Assembly (NCBI RefSeq): GCF_964355755.1
Contig: NC_092674.1
Coordinates: 18,786,001 to 18,850,000, forward strand
Direction: 5' to 3'
DNA length: 64,000 bases
DNA from: Antedon mediterranea
Taxonomy: Eukaryota; Animalia; Echinodermata
Positions 52,501 through 64,000 of the stretch are shown one piece after another (position 1 is the stretch's first letter; every line of letters starts with the position of its first letter). Under the pieces are notes generated by a model that saw nothing but the letters and a program-made list of their open reading frames with translations, was not told the origin of the DNA and did not search any database. Made by a program: the position numbers and the translations under genes.

Positions 52501-55500
52501 GTCCGGTATTGGGAGAGTTGACTGTAATACTAATAATAATACTAATAATAATAATACTAATACTAATACTAATACTACTACTAATACTACTAATAATAAT
52601 ACTACTAATACTAATACTAATACTACTAATAATACTAATACTAATACTACTAATACTAATTCTAATACTACTAATAATAATACTACTACTACTACTAATA
52701 ATACTAATACTAATACTAATACTACTAATACTAATACTACTACTACTACTACTACTAATACTAATACTAATACTAATACTAATACTACTAATACTAATAC
52801 TACTAATACTAATACTAATACTACTAATACTAATACTAATACTACTAATACTAATACTACTATACTAATACTAATACTAATATTAATACTAATACTAATA
52901 CTACTAATACTAATACTACTATACTAATACTAATATTAATACTAATACTACTACTAATACTAATACTACTAATAATAATAATAATACTAATACTAATACT
53001 AATACTACTAATAATACTAATACTAATAATACTAATACTAATACTACTACTAATACTAATACTAATACTACTAATAATACTAATACTAATACTACTAATA
53101 ATACTAATACTACTACTAATACTAATACTACTAATACTAATACTACTATACTAATACTAATATTAATACTAATACTACTACTAATAATAATACTACTAAT
53201 AATAATAATACTACTAATACTAATACTAATACTACTAATAATACTAATACTAATAATACTAATACTAATACTACTACTAATACTAATACTAATACTACTA
53301 ATAATACTAATACTAATACTACTAATAATACTAATACTACTACTAATACTAATACTAATACTACTAATAATACTAATACTAATACTACTAATAATACTAA
53401 TACTAATACTAATACTACTAATAATACTAATACTAATACTACTACTACTACTAATAATACTAATACTAATACTACTAATACTAATACTACTAATACTAAT
53501 ACTACTACTACTACTAATAATACTAATACTAATACTAATACTACTAATACTAATACTACTAATACTAATACTACTAATACTAATACTACTAATACTAATA
53601 CTACTAATACTAATACTACTAATACTAATACTACTAATACTAATACTAATACTACTAATACTAATACTAATACTACTAATACTAATACTACTAATACTAA
53701 TACTACTACTAATACTAATACTACTAATAATAATACTACTATACTAATACTAATATTAATACTAATACTACTACTAATACTAATACTACTAATAATAATA
53801 CTACTATACTAATACTAATATTAATACTAATACTACTACTAATACTAATACTAATAATGATGATGATGATGATAATACTGATGATACTGATGATGATGAT
53901 GATGATGATGACTAACAGTTATACCCTGTTTCTGACACCAAAATTTTTTTTCCAGCAAAAGCTTTTTCTAATATGGGTTCCTAATTCGCATGCTCCTGTT
54001 TTTCTATTTGGCTGGCTGTGAATCATGTGAACACTATTGCAAAATATGGCTGTCAATTTCGGACTTGTTTTTGTGGGCTAAATGAGCATGTTCCTTGCTG
54101 GAGGTATGTGACATTATAATTGTCAGTATTTTATACAAACAGATTTATGTAAACTTTGTTGACATATTATCAATTTAAAATGCAATGCTAAACATTAACA
54201 GCATCACTCAATACATAATATCAATCTACAGTATGTGTAAACACAGCATGCTACTACACAAATAGTTTACCCTTAATAGCTTGGTAGTTTCATCTGAACT
54301 GTTACAATCTTCAATAAGTTTCTTAACATAACCACCTCGACCAAAGAGTAGATCAGCAACTTGGGGTTGTATAGGCATTATGGGTCGCTGCAGGCTTGAC
54401 TCACCATGAGGATTCGGCAATGGTTCACCACCCTAACAAATAAAGCAAGTAATCAATTAATATTTTACTTATAACTGAACATTATATTTGCATTACTGTA
54501 TATTTTTAAAATTATATTTCAATTTCACTGGGTACATATAGAAATCCTTCGTATAAAAATGGTATCGGAGTTAAAACTAGACATAATGTTATATTTACTA
54601 TAAATGCAATTATTATTTTAAAGTTTTCTACTGAACAATCTGAAAGTTTGTTTTATTGTTATTGTAAGTTATAAAGTATGATATACACAAATTGTTTACA
54701 CGCATCAAGTATCATTACAGCCACATGGTATTGATTTTATATCAATTCTCTGTTATGTTAACTATTACTACTATTGTCTCCAAGAAATTTGCATGGAGAT
54801 AGGCATATTCATGATCCCTGAATTCTCTCAGCTTATTATAGTACCATGGAGCTCCATGGTTGGACTATTCCCCTCCCCCATCATATAAAAAATTTGCAAA
54901 AAAGGTATTGCATTTAACTTATAATATATAACTTTTTGTTTTACAATAAACCTTTAATAAACACCTCTATTCCTCCTTCTAAAAAAAAGTGCAATGCATA
55001 GACAATTGCTAAATCATACTTAGACATTATCATTACTTACTGGTATAGAAGATTGTTGTTTAGATGAGATGTCACAGCAACGTACTAACTGTGATACAAC
55101 AGAGTATAACTTGCCCAATTCAGCATATTGGTATTTGATTGGTGGCCCTGGTCCTTCATCCAGTGCAACTAGCATAAAAGTTGACGGCACACTTAATTCT
55201 AACAGTTGTGTTCTCTGAAATTTGTATTGTAAACACATATTAGAAAATGTTTCAGAAATAAATACACACAAAAAAGTGCGAAAAATATATATATATATAT
55301 AAACCACCAAGTACAGTAGGTTTTAGCATGGTTAATCAATTATTATTGGCATTTATTTCAACCATTATTTATCAAATGTAAGGTTACCTCAGCTTGACCC
55401 AAGTTAGCATACATCTGAAACAGATGGAAGTATTGTGTGAGATGACGTCCATGCTCGGATACTTCCTTGTTAAGTAAACACAAAATTGCATGAAGTAAAT

Positions 55501-58500
55501 GATCACTAAGGCTCTTAGGTTTTTCCCGAACATCGCCTAAAAAAACATGATAAATGAACTTGTATTTAAACCAAGTTAAGTTTATGACAAAAGCTTATAA
55601 TTCTATTTACCCATCAATATATCAATGTAGAAACAATACTGTAGATACTACTACTACTGAGGTTCTACAAAAACAAAGCACAGAATCATTTATATTCACT
55701 TTCCTATGAGTATCTTGTGTTGTGAGCAGCCAATATTAATTTGATTATAAAATCAAAGGTAACAACACCTCCATTTTTGGCATACTTTTTTTTCAACAAA
55801 ATTCCAAGCAAAAACAAATTGATGACAAACTTAATAAACATTTTTTTTTTTTATTGAAAATTAACTATCAAAGAAAGTTGATTTATGAGTGTGGAATATT
55901 CCTACACTTAAAGTACCTGTAGTTATAGTACCCGGCAAGATGAATGGGCCGTCTTGTTGAGAGAAGTGAGACAAGATAACCAGCAGCTTAGCGAAGGCAT
56001 TTCGGACCTAATAGGAAAAATAAAAGAAAAACATCTCAATAACACTAACTCTTCTGACAGTACCAAAATCACCAAATACAACTACAAAATTAGCATTACT
56101 GCAAAACCAACACTATCACAAAATACAGATTTTACAAATAGCAAAATTATCGTAACTGCATTGTTTGAAATATATTTATTATTCAATTTCTTTCTTTTAA
56201 TGTATGGAAACCTACAACTAAAATGTCATATGGGAGCATAGCAAATGTTTGTTTTCAGGGAACATTAATCATTTCTGTTTACTCACTTAATACTATTTTG
56301 AAATTTAAGTAAACCAAAACATATCTAACTTTACCTCAGTGCTTGGGCTCTCCAGCAGATATTCTGAAAATCTTGCAGGATAAGTAAAAAGAACATTCTG
56401 TGCAAACCAAGTTCGTACAGATTTTGATGTACGCATCAACATACACAGCGCTTCATACCACTCATTAGCGGAACCCCTGAAAATATACAATATATTTTAA
56501 AATTTAGATTCATCATGAAAAATTAATATACTTTGATATACAAAAGTAGGAACTAAACGTGTCTTTACAGACGATCAAGTTGATAACTTGCTCAGTAAAA
56601 CACCGACAATGAGTATTGAGAATGCTCTTGTTTTACTTATAAAGCAGGCAGTACTATACAAAGAAACAAGTAAAGTGTGCTCTAGGATATATGGTATGTA
56701 TATATAAAACAGGGACTTGTTTAAGTTCCATAATTTAAATAAGGACAAAAATCATTGATCAAATTAATATTAATTAGTCAAATTATAATATAAGATATAA
56801 AGAGAAATTAATTGTTCAAGTTATTATGGTGATTACCTCAGTGTCTTCTTTGTGTGAAAGCCAACAGTAAACAGAAACTTGGAAACTAGCTGGATGCTAA
56901 GCATGGCTAGCTCTTCATAGTCTTGAGTCTATGAACAAATTATAGTAAAGTAATAGCATTTGTGCTATGTCAGTTTATTTTTATAATATGTAATGAACAT
57001 GATATGCAATAAATGTAAATTGATTATCCCTTTCTTTATAGAGTTTATTTGCAAAACTCCAAATCTCTAGTCTTGAATGTTAATGTGCATGAACAGACAT
57101 TGCTGGTTTTATTAAAACAGAAGGCATATCAATAATGAACATGATATGCAATAAATGTAAATTGATTATCCCTTTCTTTATAGAGTTTATTTGCAAAACT
57201 CCAAATCTCTAGTCTTGAATGTTAATGTGCATGAACAGACATTGCTGGTTTTATTAAAATGGAAGGCATATCAATTTGATTTTAATAAGTCAAATGGTTA
57301 TCGTATTGCCTTAATTTCAAGCTTTAAAATACAGCATTCTTATGCTAGAGCAAACTATTAGTACATTGATTCCAACAAAACATGATATATGTACAAGATT
57401 CCCCAAAACATGATATATATAAAATATATATATACTTTCATGACAAGAACTGCTAGTTGTTACTTACAGGTCTTTCTTGACCCTGCAAGCCTGGGAAGTA
57501 TGGGTTGTTACATGTCACCAATCTCCGTATAAATTGGAAGTATTCATGACTAAACTGCATTCGGTTATGCATGAAATGGATATTTTGACGACGAACACAA
57601 CGCTGGATAATGGCTGGCATATTCACTGGCTCTCTGGTGGCTGTTGGAAAAGATGATAGAAGATTGCAAGGGTTAATATTATTATAGCATAGTCATAATG
57701 TGATGGTGATAAAATGGATGTAAATTTGTTTGAATGTCTTACAATAAATTATGCATTACTTATCACAAACTTTGGCATAAACTTAGGCAACCACACATGT
57801 ATTTGCTTCATACTGAGCGGCTATTTGCTATTGTTAAAATTTCAAAATGATGTCATACACTATACTGTCTGAACGTTAAATCGACCAAAAGTCCTGATAA
57901 TATGCATGTGTATATTTGGCTTTGCGGTACAGCTATTAATTACTGCTTCGTTCCCACGTGCAACACTTCGCACAGAGCCTAGCGATTGTTGATATTAAAT
58001 ATTAATAAAATGCTTTGTTTCCATTTCGTTGTACGGGAGTTTCTCTATAAAACTTGATTTAAATCAATGTATTCCATGTTAGAATATCACAAAATAATAC
58101 TACAATATTGTGTAAAATGTAATTCTAAATATAACTCTATATGAAATAATCAGCCAACACCACTAAAATAATACAATCGTTGAATAAAATATAATAACAC
58201 ATTACAGAGTGCACCACCGACTGGGAGCGAAACAAAACATGTGGAACATGGTTGTTGAAAGAATTTCATTCTTACGTGAAAAAAACAATCCAAATAAACT
58301 TGTCTGGAGATACAAATTGAATAAAAAAAAGTTGGCCAACTTCACTGAGGTTCACCGGCCGCACGTGAGTATAAGCCTAGTGGAAACATTAATCTCTAGA
58401 CTCTGGGCCTAGACTAGATAGGCTAAATAAACATATCGGGCGTAACTGCTGTATTTCTTTGTTCCCCTTGATTCATTGATAACAATGTTGTTTATAACAC

Positions 58501-61500
58501 ATTACAATAGACGTGTGGCAAAACAATGCCTCTCGTAGGATCGCGATAAGAAAAAAATGCAGTTTGCAGGATTGCGATCAAGAACAATACCTAGTAGGTG
58601 GGTGGGTTATGTTGCAGTAATTTTTAGTTGTACTGTATATGCATGCACAGACACTTCGTCTACAGTGCCTATGCAAAAATCTCACTAATGTTGAATTTAG
58701 TACAACTTACTTAGTCTAAGATCATCCATTCCTTTGCTAAGTTCCTTTTCTATTGATTCTTTGACATCAAATCGCTCATAAAACAAGATGTAAGCATTCC
58801 ACCAACGCTTCTGTCTTCTGTAAGATGTCCTAGAATGAAAATAGAAAATAAATTTATTAGAAAATAACCTCAAGAAATGTGAGTGGAGCTGTAGCTTGGT
58901 GGTTTAGATGCTCGGCTACCGATCCCAAAGTCGTGGATTCAAATCTTGTCAGGAAAATGTTTTACTATGATTACTCCACTCCCGAAGACTTGTAAAAAGC
59001 TTGTGTAGAGCATCTTGTGTGAATGTTTTTCTTTGTAAAGAGGCCGCTTTAATAGCCACTAGCTTAACGGCTACATGGCTATCTGACCCCTCTGGACTCC
59101 AAATGGACTAGCAGTAATATACTCTACATAATTAGCAATTGAAGTGGAATCCATCCTTTTAATCCTCTATTTAAAAACTTTTTCATCACAAACATCAGAT
59201 TAAGATTCAAGATTATGTATTGGTCCATGAACTGAACATTGACTTTCCTTACACCTTCCATTTCCATACATTCTGTTTTACATTATTACTGTTTTTCTTA
59301 TATATTCATTCAAAGTATTCATTCATTCATCAAAATCATTAAAAAATCAAAATTAAATATTCTATTATAAAGTACCTTTTCAACATATGGTCAAAGACCT
59401 CACCCATATAATCTCCACCAAAGCACTGGTTACGCATTTCCTTTAAAAAAAAAGAATATTATACATACTAGGTATACTATTTATCCTAATAATTAGTTTA
59501 TTAACATATTTCAATATTTAAAACATAGTGTATATTGCACCATTACCATTGAACTTAATTAAAATTAACCATTATCTTATTACAAATCTACCCCCAATAA
59601 GTTTGTTTAAATTTAAATACAAATTGTAAATAAAGGAATTATTGTTTACAAAACTTATAAAATAATTTGTTCTTGTTACTTACATCATCATCATCCATCC
59701 TACACTCGGACACTTCTCCATCATCAAACTTGTACCATTTAGCTGGGTCATCCCCATGACGATTAACAATATAAGAATAATAATGCCCTCCACTGGCTTG
59801 ACCGCTGTGTACTACAACACCAACAAGCCGGTAGAATGTACTACGGGATGATTCTTCACACTCATCACTGCTTTCTTCTCTGTCATCATGAATTTCTTCA
59901 CCTGTTAGGATAATTGGTTCAACAGATTATGTACACAATTTGGATTTGGAGCAAGATTTTGAAAACACCTCTATTCAGTGTGAAATTTTCTGGTCTTGGG
60001 TTATTACATATACTATGAAATAGGATGCATTTTTGGGTAAAAGCTGGGATCCACTTTAATTAGGATAGTTTCATCTCGCTGATCATGAAAATGACAGATC
60101 CCGAGCCGTTAATTTGCATATTTAAAATGGCCGAAATAAAAAATGATAAAATGCATATACAAGACCATATTCAACCCTTATAATCAGAGTTATTTAGAAT
60201 TAATGATGCATCTGGAATGAACATTGCAGGTTTACGGCATAAGTTTTGATCATTCATGAAATGACCTCTATCCAGCATTGTTACAGTGGCATAAAGTTGT
60301 GCATGGTAACAAATGAAATAATGTCTATTATAATTATATGTAAAAGATTACAATACACGTTATCAATATAAAGTCAACTGTGTTGAACTTAATCTGGTGA
60401 CAGGTTTGAAGAAATCAAAATTTGTTTGATTTGTGACCAAAGGCTTTAATAAACAAATTAATGTTAAATTGCTATATCATAAGCTATATTCCTGGAATAA
60501 TGGAATAATGTATTTACTATTAAAGGGAAACTTTATACCCCAGTTTAACAACGTTAGGATGGATCGGGACTTGTTTATTACCTGTGGTAACTCAACTAAA
60601 CCATATTTTAGTCCAAAAAAAAAGGAGAGCGGAAATATTGCAATTGTTCTGATATAATGAGTACATCCCTAATATGTTGTCAAACTATCTTTACCACCGG
60701 TATTTTTGGTTGTCATAGTCATAGCTTCATATCAGAATAGAAACACACAGTAGTACAAGATTTTTTTTAATTCTTTTATTAAATAAATTTATATTTAAAA
60801 TAAGTTTTAAAAATTACCTTCAATCTTGGCAAGGCCAGCAGCTGTGTAAGGTTCCATATCAAACTCGCGTGGAAACTCAAAATAGTCATTAAATTTGATT
60901 GCACACTCCCGCTCCCAATCATAGTCAAAACGCTTCAGTTGTATTGCTAATATATTAGGTAATTTCTTTATACACAAACGTTTCACAGTATCAACCTGTA
61001 AGTAGAATATTTGTATAACTAGCGATTTTGAAATAATCTTATTAAAAAGAAATTAAAAGGAGCTTGTGCTGCTTATACACTTTGCATTTGCTGTCTTGTT
61101 TGTTCCAAACCTCTTCGCCATGTTTTTCGTTAACAGGTACTAAATCAAGCCAACCTTGACTAAATCTAGACAGATTTGATAGCCCTTGAAGGGCAGGCTA
61201 AATCACATATTTGCCAGATATTCAATATACTTTTATTTGCTTAATTCAGTATATATTGGTATTGTAATTGTTATAATAATGCAAATCATGTTTATTTACA
61301 AGCAGTTTACAACATTTACAAATTTCGTTCGCTGCTATTGATAGCAACAAGGGGAGTTGTGGAAATTTATCACACAAGGGAGAAGGTCTATGAATTGCGT
61401 GGTTTGTTGAGATCCCACTTTTCAAAAGCATAGAAAATATGGAAGTTATCGTACCACTATGGTTCCTACACACATTTTGTAGTTTATATTTGTTGCCAAT

Positions 61501-63923
61501 CAAAAGTACTTCATTGTTAAATAATACTGGTCTTGTTCTAATAATAATGTATAGTCCTGATGCGTAAACACGTTTTGGAAAGTAATATTAATGCTCACAA
61601 TTTTGTCTGTTCCTTGAATACTGTCATATCATTGAAAAATCTATAGTCTTTGTTTACCAGATATGTGAAAATCGAATAAAAGCCTGACTTCATTAAAGTC
61701 AAACTGCAAACTTTGACTATTTCTTTCATGAATCAAATTTGATTAGTCCGAACTAGCACTTTTTGAAGTTTGAACTACGACTAAAACTTGCTATCCCTGT
61801 CTAAACATACAGCTTGCAAACTGTAAGATTGCGATAAAGAAAAAAACAATACTTTATAAGGTCATGTGGAAAATATTGCTGCAAATTACCCAACCATGGA
61901 CGATGAAGGGCTGCATGTGAAAAAGGAGCAGTAACTTATAGCAGCACAACTGTAGTTTATGAAATTTACATCCATGAAATACCAAATTAAATAAAACAAT
62001 TATGTATAGTGAAACACTCACAGACTGATAGAACAACTAATAAGAAAGCACTTACCTTCTTGTTACATTTCTCACAATGGTAGGCATTAGGACCTTCCAA
62101 TAAATCACCCTTGACATATTGTTCTAATGAATCTAATAAATTTTGTTGGTTGCGAATGTCTACATTTAAGGCTGTGAATGACTCTTCTCTGGAATATCTA
62201 AATAAAAACAAACATAATAGCTTATATAATACACAACTGCTGAATAAAAGATTAAAAAGCAACCAAGTACATATACCAGGTTAGAACTTACTTTACCACT
62301 GTACAATGGGAAGAAATATATGTACTGTATAATACCGAAGTTGTGAGAGCACAGAATAGAATGTACAATCATTTATACAATCTTCTTTCTTCTTAACGTT
62401 TTCCGACATTACGCTTTCCACAATTCGTTTCCATGTTTGTCTGTTCATGGCAGGATGGTTTGTTATTGTGTTAGTGTCTACATGTCCTTGTAGGTCTTGC
62501 TTTATTTGATTCATCCAGTTATTTATTGTCTTCCTACGAGTTGTTTTACTTTCCTGTTAGTTTCCCTCATTGTTTGTTTGATTGGGGTATCATCCGGTAA
62601 TCTAATTATGTGTCCATACCATTTTAGTCTCCTTCATTTAATTCTTTTACTCCATTCTTCTTGTTTTGTTATCTCGTATATTTTCATGTTACACACTCTA
62701 TCTGTTAATTTAATATTTATCATCTTTCGCAACATTTTCCTGTGATATATATCAATACTCTTTTTTGTTTAGTACCCAGAGTTCACTGTTCACTTGCTAT
62801 GTATGCGTCAAACAAATGGCATTTCACGTCTATAGACATCGTTTTATGTTCTAGCGACGACCTCAGCTTGTTATATGCCATAGCTGCTAGTGATTTTCTT
62901 CTTTTAATGTCTTTTTCTGTGTCCAAGTTACTACCTTTATATAAACCAATAAACAATTTAACCACATTAACTATCAGAATCCTGCAAACTGAAATTCCTC
63001 TTTTGGATCAGATGGCCCTGGGTTCGGCTGCTGTGGTCTATTGTACATCATCTGCTTTTGTTGTACAAGCTGCAATGTGTAGCGACACTGAATTTAGATT
63101 ACTAGATTAATTCTTACCTGTGAGGGCAGTCTTTACAAATCTTCTGATCTGCAAATGATCCACCCATTACCTTTGTAAAGATTGGTGGTTGTCCTAGTGA
63201 TTTAAGAGCTTCATCGAGACTGTCTACAAGGCTGTTGAAAAATTCTAACGCATCATGTTGTTCTCGTAGATTTACTGGCTCACCCCATAGTCTACAGTAG
63301 AAATAATATTTATATAGTGAGTTAAAAATATAAACAGGCATAAGCAAAGGAGTGTGGGACTCCTCAGTAATCAGTGCAGGCCTTGGCTCAATTCTAAAGT
63401 TGTATGCTACGCCAAGATATAATAAAGTATTTGGAGTACACCCTGTTGATATCATGTATTATGGAACTGTAATTTGACTATACTTGTGAGTCAAAGCAAA
63501 TGCTCTTTTTTTTTAGTTTACATTCATACTTTTGTCCTTGATGACCTATAACTTGTAATTTGATTAACTGAAGTCAGATTTTAAGTTGAGTTTAAGACAG
63601 CTGGTACAATGCATTTATAATGTAAGCAATCATATAAACGTGAACAGACATGCTGTGGCGCGTTCCGCAATTGATTAATTTTTACCAATAATTTCATTAG
63701 TACAATATTTGTCCTCCATATTCTAGATGTTTTTAATTGATACTTACTTGTAAATCTTCCAAAATCCTCTAGGAACATAGTATTGTAGTTTACTTTCTGC
63801 GAGATGTCCAAATACGTACTGTACTTGCTTCAGAACTCCCATGTTGTACTCTTTACGTTCACTCTCTTTACTTGACACTAACTTCTCGTCTCCTCCACCA
63901 TCATGTTTACAATCAATGTTTAC
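49522..63923 (-). CDS. USP9X: USP9X/fat facets ubiquitin-specific protease, 3' part (19 exons, approx. 63923-63749, 63291-63118, 62197-62055, 60995-60818, 59902-59684, 59441-59376, 58829-58711, 57640-57468, 56928-56837, 56476-56335, 56007-55917, 55536-55388, 55214-55041, 54432-54271, 52217-52049, 51843-51641, 51460-51314, 50727-50599, 49716-49522); 5' part lies beyond the window
   Basis: [63 protein letters not shown], His box [99 protein letters not shown]. The GT-AG phases checked are consistent. Confidence 0.96.
52339..52524. mobile_element. 186-bp Tc1/mariner-type MITE, inverted near-identical copy of 31239-31424
   Basis: Same TIRs and TA TSD; one substitution seen relative to the other copy. 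Confidence 0.9.
52525..53912. repeat. Compound microsatellite (AATACT/ACT/AAT)n ending in (GAT)n, in a USP9X intron
   Basis: About 1.4 kb of AAT/ACT triplets read directly. Confidence 0.97.
56991..57274. repeat. ~142-bp near-perfect tandem duplication in a USP9X intron
   Basis: TAATGAACATGATATGCAATAAATG...GAAGGCATATCAA occurs twice head-to-tail. Confidence 0.9.
58884..59110 (+). mobile_element. Degenerate tRNA-derived SINE
   Basis: Head GGAGCTGTAGCTTGGTGGTTTAGATGCTCGGC...GTGGATTCAAATC has A-box-like and B-box-like motifs and continues into a non-tRNA body. Confidence 0.5.
62380..62935 (-). mobile_element. RTE-clade LINE ORF2 C-terminal fragment
   Basis: [24 protein letters not shown]...[16 protein letters not shown]...[20 protein letters not shown]...[11 protein letters not shown], matching RTE RRL.W.GH..R and DR..W motifs. 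Confidence 0.8.
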
Positions 63924-64000
63924 CTACATTCAATAATTATAAATGATTCAGATGAGAAAATCATTCTCGAGCGAGTGAGTGGCTCGAGCGAGTGAGTGGC

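Noticed and set aside
52451-52927. Poly-Asn/Thr and poly-Ile/Leu ORFs
   Set aside because: These are translations of a MITE plus microsatellite, antisense within a USP9X intron.
54845-54858. Palindrome CATGGAGCTCCATG as another P-like footprint
   Set aside because: The flanking 7-mers (ATAGTAC / GTTGGAC) match at only 4 of 7 positions, so a TSD is not supported.
58884-58960. Possible tRNA gene
   Set aside because: The B box is imperfect, there is no convincing acceptor-stem pairing, and the sequence runs on into a SINE-like body.
59955-61800. Possible old TIR elements in USP9X introns
   Set aside because: Only weak, mismatched inverted ends and no TSDs; boundaries cannot be supported.

Overview
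AT-rich, intron-containing metazoan genomic DNA. The protein sequences and repeat landscape suggest a non-vertebrate deuterostome such as an echinoderm (inference). Three host genes are recognisable. (1) An intronless-CDS Wntless (WLS) gene sits in an ~8-9 kb tandem duplication (8061-17287 and 17673-25421); the second copy is split by a 2-bp deletion into two overlapping ORFs. (2) CLNS1A/pICln has 5 coding exons on the minus strand, 44995->35865. (3) The 3' 19 exons of a USP9X/fat-facets deubiquitinase lie on the minus strand, 63923->49522. The rest is dense with transposon relics: LINE, L1/Tx1, Gypsy, Ngaro/DIRS, pogo, possible Academ, Kolobok/MULE/hAT/Tc1-type MITEs, a SINE and satellites. 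The most notable observations are the split, probably retroposed WLS duplicate; an antisense copy of CLNS1A exon 2 inside CLNS1A intron 1; several tiny CA..TG palindromes between 7-bp direct repeats that look like P-element excision footprints; and a 2.1-kb MULE-type insertion just upstream of the CLNS1A start codon. No prokaryotic or CRISPR-type system is supported. All calls are by eye, with no database search.
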